DNA of 64,000 nt from an uncultured Gammaproteobacteria bacterium (GCA_964634875.1 CAZWKA010000002.1:79590-143589); one strand, 5' to 3'. Counted from the first letter of the stretch, positions 38,754 through 49,161 are shown. Numbers and translations: made by a program. The notes: generated by a model from the sequence alone, not told the origin.

Positions 38754-39708
38754 CGTTCACCGGCAGAATAGTTACTTTTTCACTTGGTTGCAGCTCATAA
38801 TTAGCGACGCCAACATCGGACATAATTACCGGCGTACCAAGTGCAGCAGCTTCCATCGGAACCAGGCCATAGCCTTCACTCAAGCTAGGGAATACTACAG
38901 CATCGGCCGTTTTAAGATACTGAGCTGGATTAGCTATAAACGGCTCCATAAAAACATTTTTTTGAAGTTGAAGCCGACTAATGTCGGCAAGTAGGCGTTT
39001 TTTTTGGGGACCATCACCAACAATCACAAGCGCAGCTTTCGGCTGTGATTCTAGAACTTGTTTAAAAACTACAAGCAACCAGGGAATATTTTTAACCGGA
39101 TCAAGACGGTTAAGTGCTAAAAATATTTTTTCAAAACCCGGGTATCGTTCTTGTAAACCACCAGTCATACCGTCTCTAGTAAGACGTTCGACATCAAGCG
39201 CAACAGGACGGATAACAATTTTTTCTTCTGGAACTCCCAATGGTATTAAACTCTTTTTAATTCGCTGACCCACAACACGGATTCGATCCGCCCGGCGTAC
39301 AATGTACTTTCCCAAATAATACTGCAAACGATTTTTTAGTCCGTTGGTACGATAATATTTGCTACCATAAAAATCCCCGTGCATTTGAATTTCGAGCCGC
39401 AATTTGAATTGTTTTTTAAGCCCTAAACCAACCAGACCAATAAAAAATGGATCCTGGGCGCTGATAATATCTACCTTATACTCTTTGAGCGTCTGCTCAC
39501 CAACTCCATACAAACGCCAGAGCTGACTGATTTTATTACTCCCCCCCGAACCCTTGATTGTAACCGTCGGACTCAAACTAATAATTTCCTTTTTAAAATA
39601 AGGGGCAATAATATATAAAACTTTTTTTTCACCATACTGAATCATCCGGCGCGCCACAGCAGACGACGGATTGAAAATTTTATTGTCGAGACTGATCATT
39701 AATTGCAT
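38716..39708 (-). CDS. GT4 glycosyltransferase
   Basis: PMEAAALGTPVIMSD motif. The likely start is the internal Met (MIQYGEKKVLYII). Confidence 0.6.
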   Translation of the reverse strand: MQLMISLDNKIFNPSSAVARRMIQYGEKKVLYIIAPYFKKEIISLSPTVTIKGSGGSNKISQLWRLYGVGEQTLKEYKVDIISAQDPFFIGLVGLGLKKQFKLRLEIQMHGDFYGSKYYRTNGLKNRLQYYLGKYIVRRADRIRVVGQRIKKSLIPLGVPEEKIVIRPVALDVERLTRDGMTGGLQERYPGFEKIFLALNRLDPVKNIPWLLVVFKQVLESQPKAALVIVGDGPQKKRLLADISRLQLQKNVFMEPFIANPAQYLKTADAVVFPSLSEGYGLVPMEAAALGTPVIMSDVGVANYELQPSEKVTILPVNDVDGFKKAMLAI

Positions 39709-40847
39709 ACTTTTTCTAATAATTCTCTTGTTTCTGAAATCATAGTCTGAACTGTAAATTGTTTAAAAAATCTAATCCTTTCGTTACTCCTTAGTAGATT
39801 ATTTGATATTTTTACTGAACCATCTAAAAATTGTTTAATTTTATCTTCTATACCTTTACTATCATTAAAATCAAACAATAAACCTGTTTCATTCTTAATA
39901 ATTATCTCAGAATTGCCTCCACAATTACTTGCAAGAATTGGCCTATTAAAACTAAGCGCTTCGAGTAAAAAATGAGATAGACCTTCGTAACCGCTATTGA
40001 GCAGGATTAGATCTGCTCCATGAATATAAGACAGTGTTTCAATTCGATTTTTATTACCAACTAATTCTACTCTACTAGCAATATTACCCTCAATAACTTG
40101 TTTCTTTAAGCTATCCATTTGCGGGCCATCTCCAATTATTTTTAATCTAACATCGTTATATTTATCAATCTTAGACAATCGGGTCATTACTCCAATAAGC
40201 GCATCCATTCCTTTCCAAGGTAACAAACGGCTAACACTCACCAACCAACGTTCGCCCTTATGAACTTTAGGCTCCATATCCTTAAATTCAACGGCATTAT
40301 ACACAACTGTAATTTTTTGCTCTTTAACCCCCCAACCCATCACCATTTTCTTTAAATAATGAGCTGGAGTAATTACCTGGTCAGCATATCTAACCACCCA
40401 AGCCTCAATCCGTCGTAAAAGCCCAACAAAGTTAAAACCTTTCTTTTGTTTCTGGAATTCATCAATTGAAGTAGTAACCCCAAAACGAACGGCACCTTGC
40501 TCCCAGGCATAATCCCCTACTACTTTAACAACAAATTTCTTGCGGCGCAGACGGCTTGCTTTGAGCGCAGGAAGCCCGGCATTAACCGGACCCATGGCAT
40601 ACACTACGTCGACATCCTTGGCATGTTTAAACAGAAGCCAAAAATATTCGGCATATCGAAGTAGTTTATTTTTGTAGTGGACCGAAAATACTGGACACGT
40701 AACAACCGACACGTCTGAATTAGGATTCAGCGAAACAATCTTTACTTCCACGCCAAGTTTTGTAAGCTCGTTAGCTAGGGTTACAGAGTACGTTGCAGGT
40801 CCACCGGACTCCGGCGGGAAAATGTCGGCCGCAATTAATAATTTCAT
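39699..40847 (-). CDS. GT4 glycosyltransferase (AT-rich gene)
   Basis: MKLLIAADIFPPESGGPATY N-terminus and FLLEALSFNRPILAS C-terminal motif. It is noticeably more AT-rich than its neighbours. Confidence 0.7.
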   Translation of the reverse strand: MKLLIAADIFPPESGGPATYSVTLANELTKLGVEVKIVSLNPNSDVSVVTCPVFSVHYKNKLLRYAEYFWLLFKHAKDVDVVYAMGPVNAGLPALKASRLRRKKFVVKVVGDYAWEQGAVRFGVTTSIDEFQKQKKGFNFVGLLRRIEAWVVRYADQVITPAHYLKKMVMGWGVKEQKITVVYNAVEFKDMEPKVHKGERWLVSVSRLLPWKGMDALIGVMTRLSKIDKYNDVRLKIIGDGPQMDSLKKQVIEGNIASRVELVGNKNRIETLSYIHGADLILLNSGYEGLSHFLLEALSFNRPILASNCGGNSEIIIKNETGLLFDFNDSKGIEDKIKQFLDGSVKISNNLLRSNERIRFFKQFTVQTMISETRELLEKVCN

Positions 40848-40849
40848 AC

Positions 40850-41992
40850 TTACAGTGTTTCAAAAATTTTACGCATTTCGGCCGCAACAGTTTCCCAAGT
40901 ATATTTTTCGTTTATTAACTTGCGTGCATTTTCGGCCACGTGGTCAACTTTTGCTTTGTTTTCTTCGCGCAGTAAAAAAAGAACTTTTTCCGCAATACTG
41001 GTAGGACTTTTTACTTTACAAAACCAACCCGTTACCCCATCAATTAAAAAATCTGGAATGCCGCCTACCGGAGTCGCAATAACCGGCGTGCCTGCGGCCA
41101 TAGCTTCAAGAAACGAATTACCAAGACCCTCTGATAGGCTGGGACGACAAAAGACATTACTGGCCCACAGATACCGCGGCACTTCGTCGTGCGATTTGGA
41201 ACCCAAAAAGTGAACGCGCTCGGTGACTTTATTTATAACAGCCAACCGGCGCAATTCACTTTCTAGTTCGCCACTACCCGCGATAACTAGGCAAACAGAG
41301 TTCGGCAAATGGTATAAACTTCTAATAATGTCCCCTACTCCGTTTTTGGGCACTAATCGAGAAACGGTAAAAATTATTTTGCTATCAAGCGGAATACCGA
41401 GCTCGCTTCTAACGCTGGTCACCGCTTTTTCACGAACAGCGGAATCAGTTTGCTGAAAACGCTCGATCATAACACCGTTTGGTATGACGCTGACAAAATT
41501 CTTCGCACCCAACTTTACCGCCCAATTTTTGAGCGTGCTGCTGATAGCTTGGATACGGTTAGCAGCCGTAAAAATCTGTTTGAAATACCACCAGCACCAC
41601 CAAACATGCTTATAAATGTGCCACTTACTATCACCTTCCTGCAGCGTAAGGAGGAGTGGCACGGTAGGATGTTGTTTTTTATATCGGAGGGCAGCAAAAC
41701 CACCATAGCTCGCCATAATTGCCCAGGTCGCATCAAAACCACCTAATTTTGCTGCTGCCTTAGGACCACTTAGGATTAAACGGAATTTATCAAAGGCAGT
41801 ACCCCGCCCGATACGATGGACGAGGACTGACCCTATTTTTTCTTCAACCGGGAGCTGAGGGTCAAGACGGGCAGTGATCATTTCAAAGGTAAAATCCGCC
41901 CCAAGCCGGTCGGTGATTTCTTTGACTGCCACTTCAGCACCACCTACAGCTGGAAAATATGCCGGGGAAAAAATAAGGATGCGTTTTGCCAT
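40850..41992 (-). CDS. GT4 glycosyltransferase
   Basis: RILIFSPAYFPAVGGAE N-terminus; FLEAMAAGTPVIATPVGG motif. Confidence 0.75.
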   Translation of the reverse strand: MAKRILIFSPAYFPAVGGAEVAVKEITDRLGADFTFEMITARLDPQLPVEEKIGSVLVHRIGRGTAFDKFRLILSGPKAAAKLGGFDATWAIMASYGGFAALRYKKQHPTVPLLLTLQEGDSKWHIYKHVWWCWWYFKQIFTAANRIQAISSTLKNWAVKLGAKNFVSVIPNGVMIERFQQTDSAVREKAVTSVRSELGIPLDSKIIFTVSRLVPKNGVGDIIRSLYHLPNSVCLVIAGSGELESELRRLAVINKVTERVHFLGSKSHDEVPRYLWASNVFCRPSLSEGLGNSFLEAMAAGTPVIATPVGGIPDFLIDGVTGWFCKVKSPTSIAEKVLFLLREENKAKVDHVAENARKLINEKYTWETVAAEMRKIFETL

Positions 41993-42004
41993 ATCTAGTA
42001 GAGT

Positions 42005-43690
42005 TTAGGGGGTTTGAGTAACATGATACACCTTAAAAGCCACCTCTCCATCGTCACGGTAAATAACTACAGGCATAATATTAAGATCAATAATTTTTTT
42101 CTCCATATCCGCTGCGAGAGTTGAGGCGGCTGTTACGGAATCTAGTGGGGCACCATCTTCTGCCTTGATAAAATAAAAACTGCGGATCCCGAGCTGGTTT
42201 AACAGGTAATCTTCGCTTATCGAAATAACCGGTAGATTATTATAGAAACGGCGGCGTTCAAACAACCATACGCGCGAAAACCAGTTAATGCGGTCGTCAA
42301 AAATAATAACTGTAGCCTGTTTAAGGTTCTTAGCCATTATTTCTAAGGTAGTTTCCAAGAGGTACGGTTCTAAATTTTTTTGTTTGATTTTGATATCGCC
42401 ATACGGATCAAACCGGGTCAGCTCAGGGTCAGCTTCGACAAGCTTGTCTAAATACGCATCAAGTTGCGCAACACCAAAATTTTGAGAAGCAGCGGCACTT
42501 TTAGCCAAACCAACCGAACCATAGTGGCGAGGCATTACGTGACTATTTAAAGTAAAAAATCCTAAGTATATCCCAAAAATAATTGAGGAAGCTAAAAATA
42601 TATTTTTTCCTCGTACTGCGTGCCAGGCAATCAACCGCTCTCGGACATCAACTGCGGCCAGAGCAATAAGCGGTGCAAACAAAACCGCATACATTGAAAG
42701 GACATACCCCTGCTGCCCAATAAAAAATTGTTGGATTGTAAAAAAGAGGATTAATGACAAATACAAAGTAAGGCGGCGCTTACTCCAGAGTGTAAAAATA
42801 ATTGCGGCCAGCGCTAACGCTAAAAAGGGCCACGAAATAAAATGAGCTAGATTGATGAAAATCTGGACAAAACCAAAAGGTGAAAAGCCGGAGACCCCGG
42901 CCAAATGCCAGGGGCTATCTTGACCGAAAAGACGTGCGAACTGGAGAGAAAAATGTCCAGTTGCTTCGAACATCAGAAGGTTATAAAAAATTACCGGCAA
43001 GAGAACAACAACACTTAACCCAAGAGCTGCATACAGTTTAGCTTCGCGAAGCAGCTGACGATTATTACAAGCGACATAGAGCAGAAGACCTGGAATTAAA
43101 AAGAGGGTAGTAAATTTAACCGAAAGAGCCAAACCAAAAGCAAATCCAAACTTCCACCAGCTGGCTCGGTTTGTTTCAAACTGGGTAAAATAATACAAGC
43201 AGAGCGCGATACAGAACATGACTCCGCTTTCGAGGTACGCTACCCGTCCAGCCCAAATAAAATGCGCATTGAGGACCAAAAAGAGCGTGGCACCAAGGGC
43301 AGCCCGAGGTTCTTGACGCTTCACCACATGGTAAAGAACAAAAATAGTTCCCAGAGCAAACAAAACAGAAGGAAGCTTGGCGAAGAAACCATTGGCATTT
43401 ATTGACAAAAACAGATGCTGGACTAAAAATAGTGGCTTTGGATGGTCGTGGAATGAAAGCCCAGCCCACCGTGGTACAATATCAAACCACTGGATCGGCG
43501 TCGACTGAAACTGACCATCGCCAAACATAAAATCGACGGGCCCAATGGCTCGCACACTGTAATGAGCGTCGTCGCCCACCATATCGACATGGGTCACGCG
43601 AAACAAAAGTACAGCGGCTACCACCAGGATAATCGCGAGGAGCGGACGAGGCAGCTTTTCGACGGAAGAAGAAAGCTTGCGGCCTGACAT
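42005..43690 (-). CDS. GT-C membrane glycosyltransferase, PMT/ArnT family
   Basis: 561 aa with a polytopic N-terminal half and an acidic first loop (VGDDAHYSVRAIG), then a roughly 190-aa soluble C-terminal domain. Confidence 0.55.
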   Translation of the reverse strand: MSGRKLSSSVEKLPRPLLAIILVVAAVLLFRVTHVDMVGDDAHYSVRAIGPVDFMFGDGQFQSTPIQWFDIVPRWAGLSFHDHPKPLFLVQHLFLSINANGFFAKLPSVLFALGTIFVLYHVVKRQEPRAALGATLFLVLNAHFIWAGRVAYLESGVMFCIALCLYYFTQFETNRASWWKFGFAFGLALSVKFTTLFLIPGLLLYVACNNRQLLREAKLYAALGLSVVVLLPVIFYNLLMFEATGHFSLQFARLFGQDSPWHLAGVSGFSPFGFVQIFINLAHFISWPFLALALAAIIFTLWSKRRLTLYLSLILFFTIQQFFIGQQGYVLSMYAVLFAPLIALAAVDVRERLIAWHAVRGKNIFLASSIIFGIYLGFFTLNSHVMPRHYGSVGLAKSAAASQNFGVAQLDAYLDKLVEADPELTRFDPYGDIKIKQKNLEPYLLETTLEIMAKNLKQATVIIFDDRINWFSRVWLFERRRFYNNLPVISISEDYLLNQLGIRSFYFIKAEDGAPLDSVTAASTLAADMEKKIIDLNIMPVVIYRDDGEVAFKVYHVTQTP

Positions 43691-43699
43691 ATTAAAAAA

Positions 43700-44650
43700 C
43701 TACTTAAGTGCAGCGAGCCGCGCTGCAAAATCGGCTATGGTCTTTTCAAGGCCTGTTTTTAGATCAATCGTTGGCTGCCAAGCGAGCAATTGCTTCGCAA
43801 GAGTTATATCTGGGCAACGCTGCATCGGGTCGTCAACTCGAAATTGACCGCTATACACAAGCTTGCTCGAGCTGCCGGTGAGCGCCAAAATCCGCTCGGC
43901 AAATTCCCGAATAGTTAATTCAACTGGATTACCCAAATTAATCGGCCCCCGCACTTCACTTGGTGTGGCCATCATTTTTAAAATACCATCGATAAGATCA
44001 TCAACATAACAAAAACTGCGCGTTTGTGAGCCGTCACCATCAACTGTCAGGTCCCTACCCTCTAAAGCTTGTACAATAAAATTTGAAACAACTCGCCCAT
44101 CATTAAAGGCCATCCGCGGTCCATAGACATTAAAAAGACGGACCACTTTAATGTCCAGACCATGCATCCGGTGATAATCAAAAAAAAGTGTTTCTGCGCA
44201 ACGTTTACCCTCGTCATAGCAGGCCCTCGGGCCAATAGGGTTAACATTCCCCCAATAGGTTTCTTTCTGCGGGTGAACAGAGGGATCACCGTAAATTTCT
44301 GAGGTGGAAGTTTCCAGGATGCGGGCGCCATGCTTACGCGCCAAACCGAGCATATTGATAACTCCAATAGTATTGGCCTTAATCGTGTGCACTGGATTAT
44401 ATTGGTACTGCACCGGTGAAGCGGGACAAGCGAGATTATAAATCTGATCTATTTTTTCTTCGGTGAAAAAAGGCTCGACAATGTCGTGTTCAATAAACGT
44501 AAAATTCTTGTTTGGCAGCAAATGAGCTATGGTGTCTTTGGAACCAGTAAATAAACTATCAAGACAGACCACTGCATGACCCAAAGTAAGCAACCGTTCA
44601 CAAAGGTGTGAACCAATAAAACCAGCGCCTCCCGTTACCAAAATGCGCAT
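43700..44650 (-). CDS. UDP-glucuronate decarboxylase (UDP-xylose synthase, UXS) / NDP-sugar 4,6-dehydratase family SDR
   Basis: [21 protein letters not shown]; YDEGKR catalytic motif. The 316-aa size is UXS-like. Confidence 0.75.
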   Translation of the reverse strand: MRILVTGGAGFIGSHLCERLLTLGHAVVCLDSLFTGSKDTIAHLLPNKNFTFIEHDIVEPFFTEEKIDQIYNLACPASPVQYQYNPVHTIKANTIGVINMLGLARKHGARILETSTSEIYGDPSVHPQKETYWGNVNPIGPRACYDEGKRCAETLFFDYHRMHGLDIKVVRLFNVYGPRMAFNDGRVVSNFIVQALEGRDLTVDGDGSQTRSFCYVDDLIDGILKMMATPSEVRGPINLGNPVELTIREFAERILALTGSSSKLVYSGQFRVDDPMQRCPDITLAKQLLAWQPTIDLKTGLEKTIADFAARLAALK

Positions 44651-44664
44651 ATTTAATGTAGATA

Positions 44665-45897
44665 TTGCTTAAAATTTATAAAGATAGTATGCTTTATTTA
44701 GCCCAAAAAGTCAATATGAGCAAAAAAATAAAAATACTCTACGTTATTACCCAAGGCGCATGGGGAGGTGCCCAGCGCTACGTCTTTGATCTGGCCACAA
44801 ATCTTGGGCAGGATTTTGATATTTATATTGCTGTCGGCGAAGATACAGGACCGCATGATTTGCAAAAAAAACTAGAAGATTGGCAAGCGGAACATGCGCA
44901 GACAACTTTTACTATACTTTCGCTTAAGCACCTCTACCGCTCAATTAAGCCAACAGAAGACCTGCTCGCCGTCCTTGAACTTGCCAGAGCCTACCACCGC
45001 ATTAAACCTGACATCGTCCATTTAAACAGCACCAAGGCAGGCATCGTGGGATCCTTGGCAAAATGGGGGCGGTTTTTACGAAAAATGTCTGTAGTATATA
45101 CAGTTCACGGCTGGGTATTCAACGAACCGCTTAATCCTAAGGTTCGTTGGTTCTATGTTTGGCTTGAAAGATTGACTGCCAGTTTTAAGGAAAAAATTAT
45201 TGTTCTTTCTGAACCAGACCACCTCGACGGCCAAAAAGTCTTAGAAATTCCTCCAAACCGCTTTGCCACCATTCCCCTCGGTATTGACCCGCCAGAACCA
45301 GCGTGGAGCCCAATAAAGGCCCGAGAAGTCCTCGGTGCCTATCTCAGCATATCATCCCAAACACCACGACGATGGATCGGTACTATCGCTAACTTTTACC
45401 ACACCAAAGGGCTGGATATTTTGGTAGAAGCGGTTGCCAAAATCAAAGACCGTTTACCACCAATTTTATTTACATTTATTGGTGAAGGTCCTGGCCAACT
45501 ACTTTTGGAAACATTGATTAAAAAACATGAATTAACGGATACTATTTACCTCTCCGGTAGCTTAGAAAATGCCGCCAGTCTTATTCCGGCTTTCGACCTT
45601 TTTATAGTACCGTCCCGCAAAGAGGGCTTACCTTATGTTATCTTAGAAGCAATGGCTGTAGGTTGTCCGGTCATAGCTACGAAAGTGGGCGGTATTCCCA
45701 CCCTTATTGAGCATAAAAAAACCGGCCTCCTCGTTGACACACCAGAAGCCAGTTTGCTAGGGGAACAAATACTGTACGCCATTGCGCACATGGATGAAAT
45801 GGAAAGTTTTGCCAATCAAGCCAAAGAAAAAAGACAGTACTACACGCTTCCAACAATGACAGAAGGCACTAAGGCTATCTATTACTCCCTGACGTAG
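44665..45897 (+). CDS. GT4 glycosyltransferase
   Basis: Probable start at [10 protein letters not shown] (about 44716). [10 protein letters not shown]-terminal motif; [17 protein letters not shown]-terminal motif. Confidence 0.7.
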   Translation: MLKIYKDSMLYLAQKVNMSKKIKILYVITQGAWGGAQRYVFDLATNLGQDFDIYIAVGEDTGPHDLQKKLEDWQAEHAQTTFTILSLKHLYRSIKPTEDLLAVLELARAYHRIKPDIVHLNSTKAGIVGSLAKWGRFLRKMSVVYTVHGWVFNEPLNPKVRWFYVWLERLTASFKEKIIVLSEPDHLDGQKVLEIPPNRFATIPLGIDPPEPAWSPIKAREVLGAYLSISSQTPRRWIGTIANFYHTKGLDILVEAVAKIKDRLPPILFTFIGEGPGQLLLETLIKKHELTDTIYLSGSLENAASLIPAFDLFIVPSRKEGLPYVILEAMAVGCPVIATKVGGIPTLIEHKKTGLLVDTPEASLLGEQILYAIAHMDEMESFANQAKEKRQYYTLPTMTEGTKAIYYSLT

Positions 45898-47926
45898 ACG
45901 ATACCACGAGCGCTTCAACCTGGCGCGCCTGGTCGTTAAATACTAATCCCCGTTCACGGGCGAGCGCCAAAATTTGGCGCGCTTTTTCGTTTTGACCCAT
46001 TAATTGATAGAGATAAGCAAAACGCCAATAGGTTTCTAAAATTTTCGGGTTGTCGTCAAGGGCTTGTTCCATGAGTTTGATGGCTTCGTCGTTTTTACCC
46101 AGCTGCAGTTTGAAATTAGCAAGCGTGTAGAGGAATTGCTGGCGGCGTGGCGAATAACTAAGACCAATCGTCATAAAACGTTCGGCATCCGTTATAAAGC
46201 TTGGATTATTGGTAACAGCAAAGCCAATCTGGCCAAGCTGCGAAAGAAGCAGGTACGTGCGTACGTCTGCGGGGTGGAGCCTCACGTTCTCTTGTAGGGC
46301 GCTATAAGCGGTATCAAGCAACGCAGTACTGTCAGCTTTAGGCAGTTTTTGGTAATTGTCACCAAGAATATCGGTCACTGTACGAGCAATATCACCACGG
46401 ATATCATCAACATGTGGCGAATTGAAAGCAATTGCTTCCTTGGCGGCAGCAAGACCTGTGGCTGGATTACGCGAGAGTTGCTGTAGGGCAAAAAGGGTTT
46501 TTTGGTTTGCCCTGGCTGGTTGAATATTAAATACAAAAATAAGCAACATACCAGCGCCGCCGACAATAGCCACAGACACAAATCCGACATTTCGGTCAGC
46601 ATTTTTGGAGACTCGCTCGCCTGTTTCTTCTAGCTCTTCCGCATAGAGCGGGCTACCCAAACGATTAACCATGGCCAGCCAAAAAACAAAATACAAATAG
46701 GACGTTGGATTTTCAAAAACCGTAATATTCTGGACAAGATGAGCGACCAGAAAACCAGTTCCCCAGGCAATCAAGTGGATACGCTTACCCCTGCTTTCCG
46801 GCCGTTGCCAAAGGGTTACGACAGCTAAAATAAAAATTCCCAGATATGCCAGCACCCCAAAAATACCTTGTACAGTAAGAGTATTCACTACTATATTATG
46901 GGCGTTATCAAACCATGTTTCTCCGTAACCGTATTCCAGCGAACGTGGGTTATAGTATTTGTTGAAAGCATAAAAAAAGTTATTTGGCCCCCAGCCAAAA
47001 ACCGGACGTTCCTTCCAACTATCCACACCGATTTTCCAAGCAATAAAACGCGTATCACCTGTCCCGCTCTTCAAAGAAGTACCAAGAAGACGTCCGATAG
47101 CCGGCAGGTTTTGGACAAAGGGTACGTGACGGAAAGCAAAGAGCACACCTACGAGCAGGACGCCTCCACCCATAACGCCATAAATAGTTAGTCGTAATTT
47201 TTTATTTTCTTTAAGTAAAAAGCTATAGCTTACAAAAACAACAAAGAGACCTGCCAGTAAACCTAAAACCGAGCCGCGGGTGCCACTGAAGAGCAACCCC
47301 AAGAGACTAAGAAGACCAAGGGCTGCATAGAGTGCCCGCAGAGCATTGGCTTTTTCTTTGAAGAAAAGAAGCATAGCCACAAAAAAGAGGAACAACCCAT
47401 AACCACCGACATAAATGGCGTTACCGAGCGTGCTAGCAACACGATCACTGCCCTGGTTTAAAAGAAGTTCGGGATTAATTTTTTGCATTACTCCAATTAC
47501 CATTACCAAGGAACCAGCAACTAAAAACACTTTAAGCGCCTGCTTCCAATCAGACCAATTTTTAAAAACACTTGTACAAACAAAGTAGTAGATAACGTAA
47601 TGGACGATCGTAAACAAGCCCAACATGCGTTCGTGGTTATCCCAAAAACTGTGATACGTATCAACACCCGTAAACGTTGAAAGCGCAAAACTTAAAAGAA
47701 ATGTGCCTAGCGCTAAACTGACAGCTGTAAATCGTGGACGATACACTTCATAGTTCGCCAACAGCAAAAGTACATATCCGCCAAGCATTGCGATAACAAG
47801 CGATCGGAACAAAAGCACCTTAGGGACAATAAACGGAAAAATAAAAGAACTTGGCGCAATAATTAAAGGAATGAAAAAAGTGGCATAGATAAGTAATTTT
47901 ACGACCCGCTCAATGGTTAATCTCAT
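45875..47926 (-). CDS. O-antigen ligase-like (Wzy_C) polytopic membrane domain fused to C-terminal TPR repeats
   Basis: About 12 TM helices, including the Wzy_C-like region (FSGTRGSVLGLLAG), followed by roughly 250 aa of TPR-like repeats. 683 aa. Confidence 0.6.
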   Translation of the reverse strand: MRLTIERVVKLLIYATFFIPLIIAPSSFIFPFIVPKVLLFRSLVIAMLGGYVLLLLANYEVYRPRFTAVSLALGTFLLSFALSTFTGVDTYHSFWDNHERMLGLFTIVHYVIYYFVCTSVFKNWSDWKQALKVFLVAGSLVMVIGVMQKINPELLLNQGSDRVASTLGNAIYVGGYGLFLFFVAMLLFFKEKANALRALYAALGLLSLLGLLFSGTRGSVLGLLAGLFVVFVSYSFLLKENKKLRLTIYGVMGGGVLLVGVLFAFRHVPFVQNLPAIGRLLGTSLKSGTGDTRFIAWKIGVDSWKERPVFGWGPNNFFYAFNKYYNPRSLEYGYGETWFDNAHNIVVNTLTVQGIFGVLAYLGIFILAVVTLWQRPESRGKRIHLIAWGTGFLVAHLVQNITVFENPTSYLYFVFWLAMVNRLGSPLYAEELEETGERVSKNADRNVGFVSVAIVGGAGMLLIFVFNIQPARANQKTLFALQQLSRNPATGLAAAKEAIAFNSPHVDDIRGDIARTVTDILGDNYQKLPKADSTALLDTAYSALQENVRLHPADVRTYLLLSQLGQIGFAVTNNPSFITDAERFMTIGLSYSPRRQQFLYTLANFKLQLGKNDEAIKLMEQALDDNPKILETYWRFAYLYQLMGQNEKARQILALARERGLVFNDQARQVEALVVSSTSGSNR

Positions 47927-48037
47927 AGCCGATAAAGATAAAAATATACCTATAGTTTATCGATTAAACGACGGAAAGTCAAAAGCACTTTCATAAACAG
48001 ACTTGCTATACGATTGACAAAATGAGCCTTATGCGAT

Positions 48038-48523
48038 ATGAAAATAGTAGCTGTGGAGGCACCCGTGGAAAAAAACCAAGCTTACTGCACCGTCTTTCCG
48101 CCCGTTTCTCAATTCTGGTTCACGCTGTCATGGGGATTGCGCGGCTGTAAGGACGCGATTATGCGCGAACTCGCCATACTAGTGAAAACCCATCGCCGAC
48201 TCCTCGAAGAGTCCTTTCGGCGCACTTTCGATGAGCGCGACCCGGCGAAGCGAGATGTTTGCAAACAGTACCTGGCGCGACTAGAAGAATCATACGACAA
48301 AACCCAACGTGCCTATGATGATATTGCCAGCTGGAGAGCACGAGGCCCCACAGGAGCGAAACTGCTCGTTACAAAGCAGGCTCAAGATGAGCAGCAGGTC
48401 AGAATATCTTTTTCTTATAGCGATGAACGAGGCAGTTGGCTTGTAGCCTTGCGCTGGCCGAAACCGCGCATTACTTCAATTAAGCCGGCCTTCAGCATCA
48501 GCTTCGAACCCCCTCCTGCCTAA
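48038..48523 (+). CDS. Hypothetical protein (GC-elevated small ORF)
   Basis: The ORF has no recognisable motifs. The probable start is the ATG at 48161 (MRELAIL), preceded by an AAGGA ribosome-binding site. Composition is visibly richer in GC than the flanks. Confidence 0.35.
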   Translation: MKIVAVEAPVEKNQAYCTVFPPVSQFWFTLSWGLRGCKDAIMRELAILVKTHRRLLEESFRRTFDERDPAKRDVCKQYLARLEESYDKTQRAYDDIASWRARGPTGAKLLVTKQAQDEQQVRISFSYSDERGSWLVALRWPKPRITSIKPAFSISFEPPPA

Positions 48524-48530
48524 GCCCTTC

Positions 48531-48600
48531 TCCTCAGGTCCCCTATAAGGCTGCACCTGAGGAGCTAAGCAAAAAAGTTCTCAGCTGAGAACTTTTTTGC
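48531..48600. terminator. Tandem hairpins; the second is a perfect bidirectional rho-independent terminator between convergent genes
   Basis: Hairpin 1: tcctcaggt-N15-acctgagga (48531-48563). Hairpin 2: gcaaaaaagttctcagc|tgagaacttttttgc, a perfect palindrome with A and T runs (48569-48600). Confidence 0.6.
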
Positions 48601-49005
48601 TTACCACTCAAACGTATGTCGTAATTTTTTGACCAAAGAAGTGCGGCGCTTATTTTCGCCACGCCTTATCGCAGAAGCCTTAGTCGGCATGGTTTTTTGC
48701 CGGGTTTTCGGTTTTTTAAGCGCCTCGGCAACCAACTGGTTAAGCCGCTTAATGGCGGCTTCTCGGTTTTTAGACTGCGAACGGGTTTGTTCGGAGGCAA
48801 TCACCAATTCATCTCGACTGTTAAGGCGATTAGCAAGCTTATGACGGATACGCTCTTTCTGCTCAAGAGAAAAGGCCTGAGAGGTGCCGACCTGCCAATG
48901 AACAACGACTTTGGTAGCTGTTTTATTAACATTTTGCCCGCCAGGACCTGAAGCACGGGCGAAATTAATGGTAATTTCAAAAAGTGGAACGGGATGAATT
49001 GACAT
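48601..49005 (-). CDS. arfB: Alternative ribosome-rescue factor ArfB (peptidyl-tRNA hydrolase, RF-1 domain)
   Basis: GGQ motif (ASGPGGQNVNKT) and a basic C-terminal tail. 134 aa. Confidence 0.8.
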   Translation of the reverse strand: MSIHPVPLFEITINFARASGPGGQNVNKTATKVVVHWQVGTSQAFSLEQKERIRHKLANRLNSRDELVIASEQTRSQSKNREAAIKRLNQLVAEALKKPKTRQKTMPTKASAIRRGENKRRTSLVKKLRHTFEW

Positions 49006-49066
49006 GGAAAGAAAACTAAATACCTTCTCTTTTTAAAGAAGCATTTATAAAGGCGGTGTTAAAATT

Positions 49067-49090
49067 AAAAACAACCTTTCGGTTGTTTTT
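49067..49090. terminator. Rho-independent terminator (aaaaacaacc-tttc-ggttgttttt)
   Basis: 7-bp GC-containing stem flanked by A and T runs. It lies downstream of the TPR gene on the minus strand. Confidence 0.55.
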
Positions 49091-49161
49091 CCCCCTCCGC
49101 TTTCAATAGTATAAGTATAGCAAAAGAACCAACCAAAGGTAAGTAAAAATGTGGATAACTT

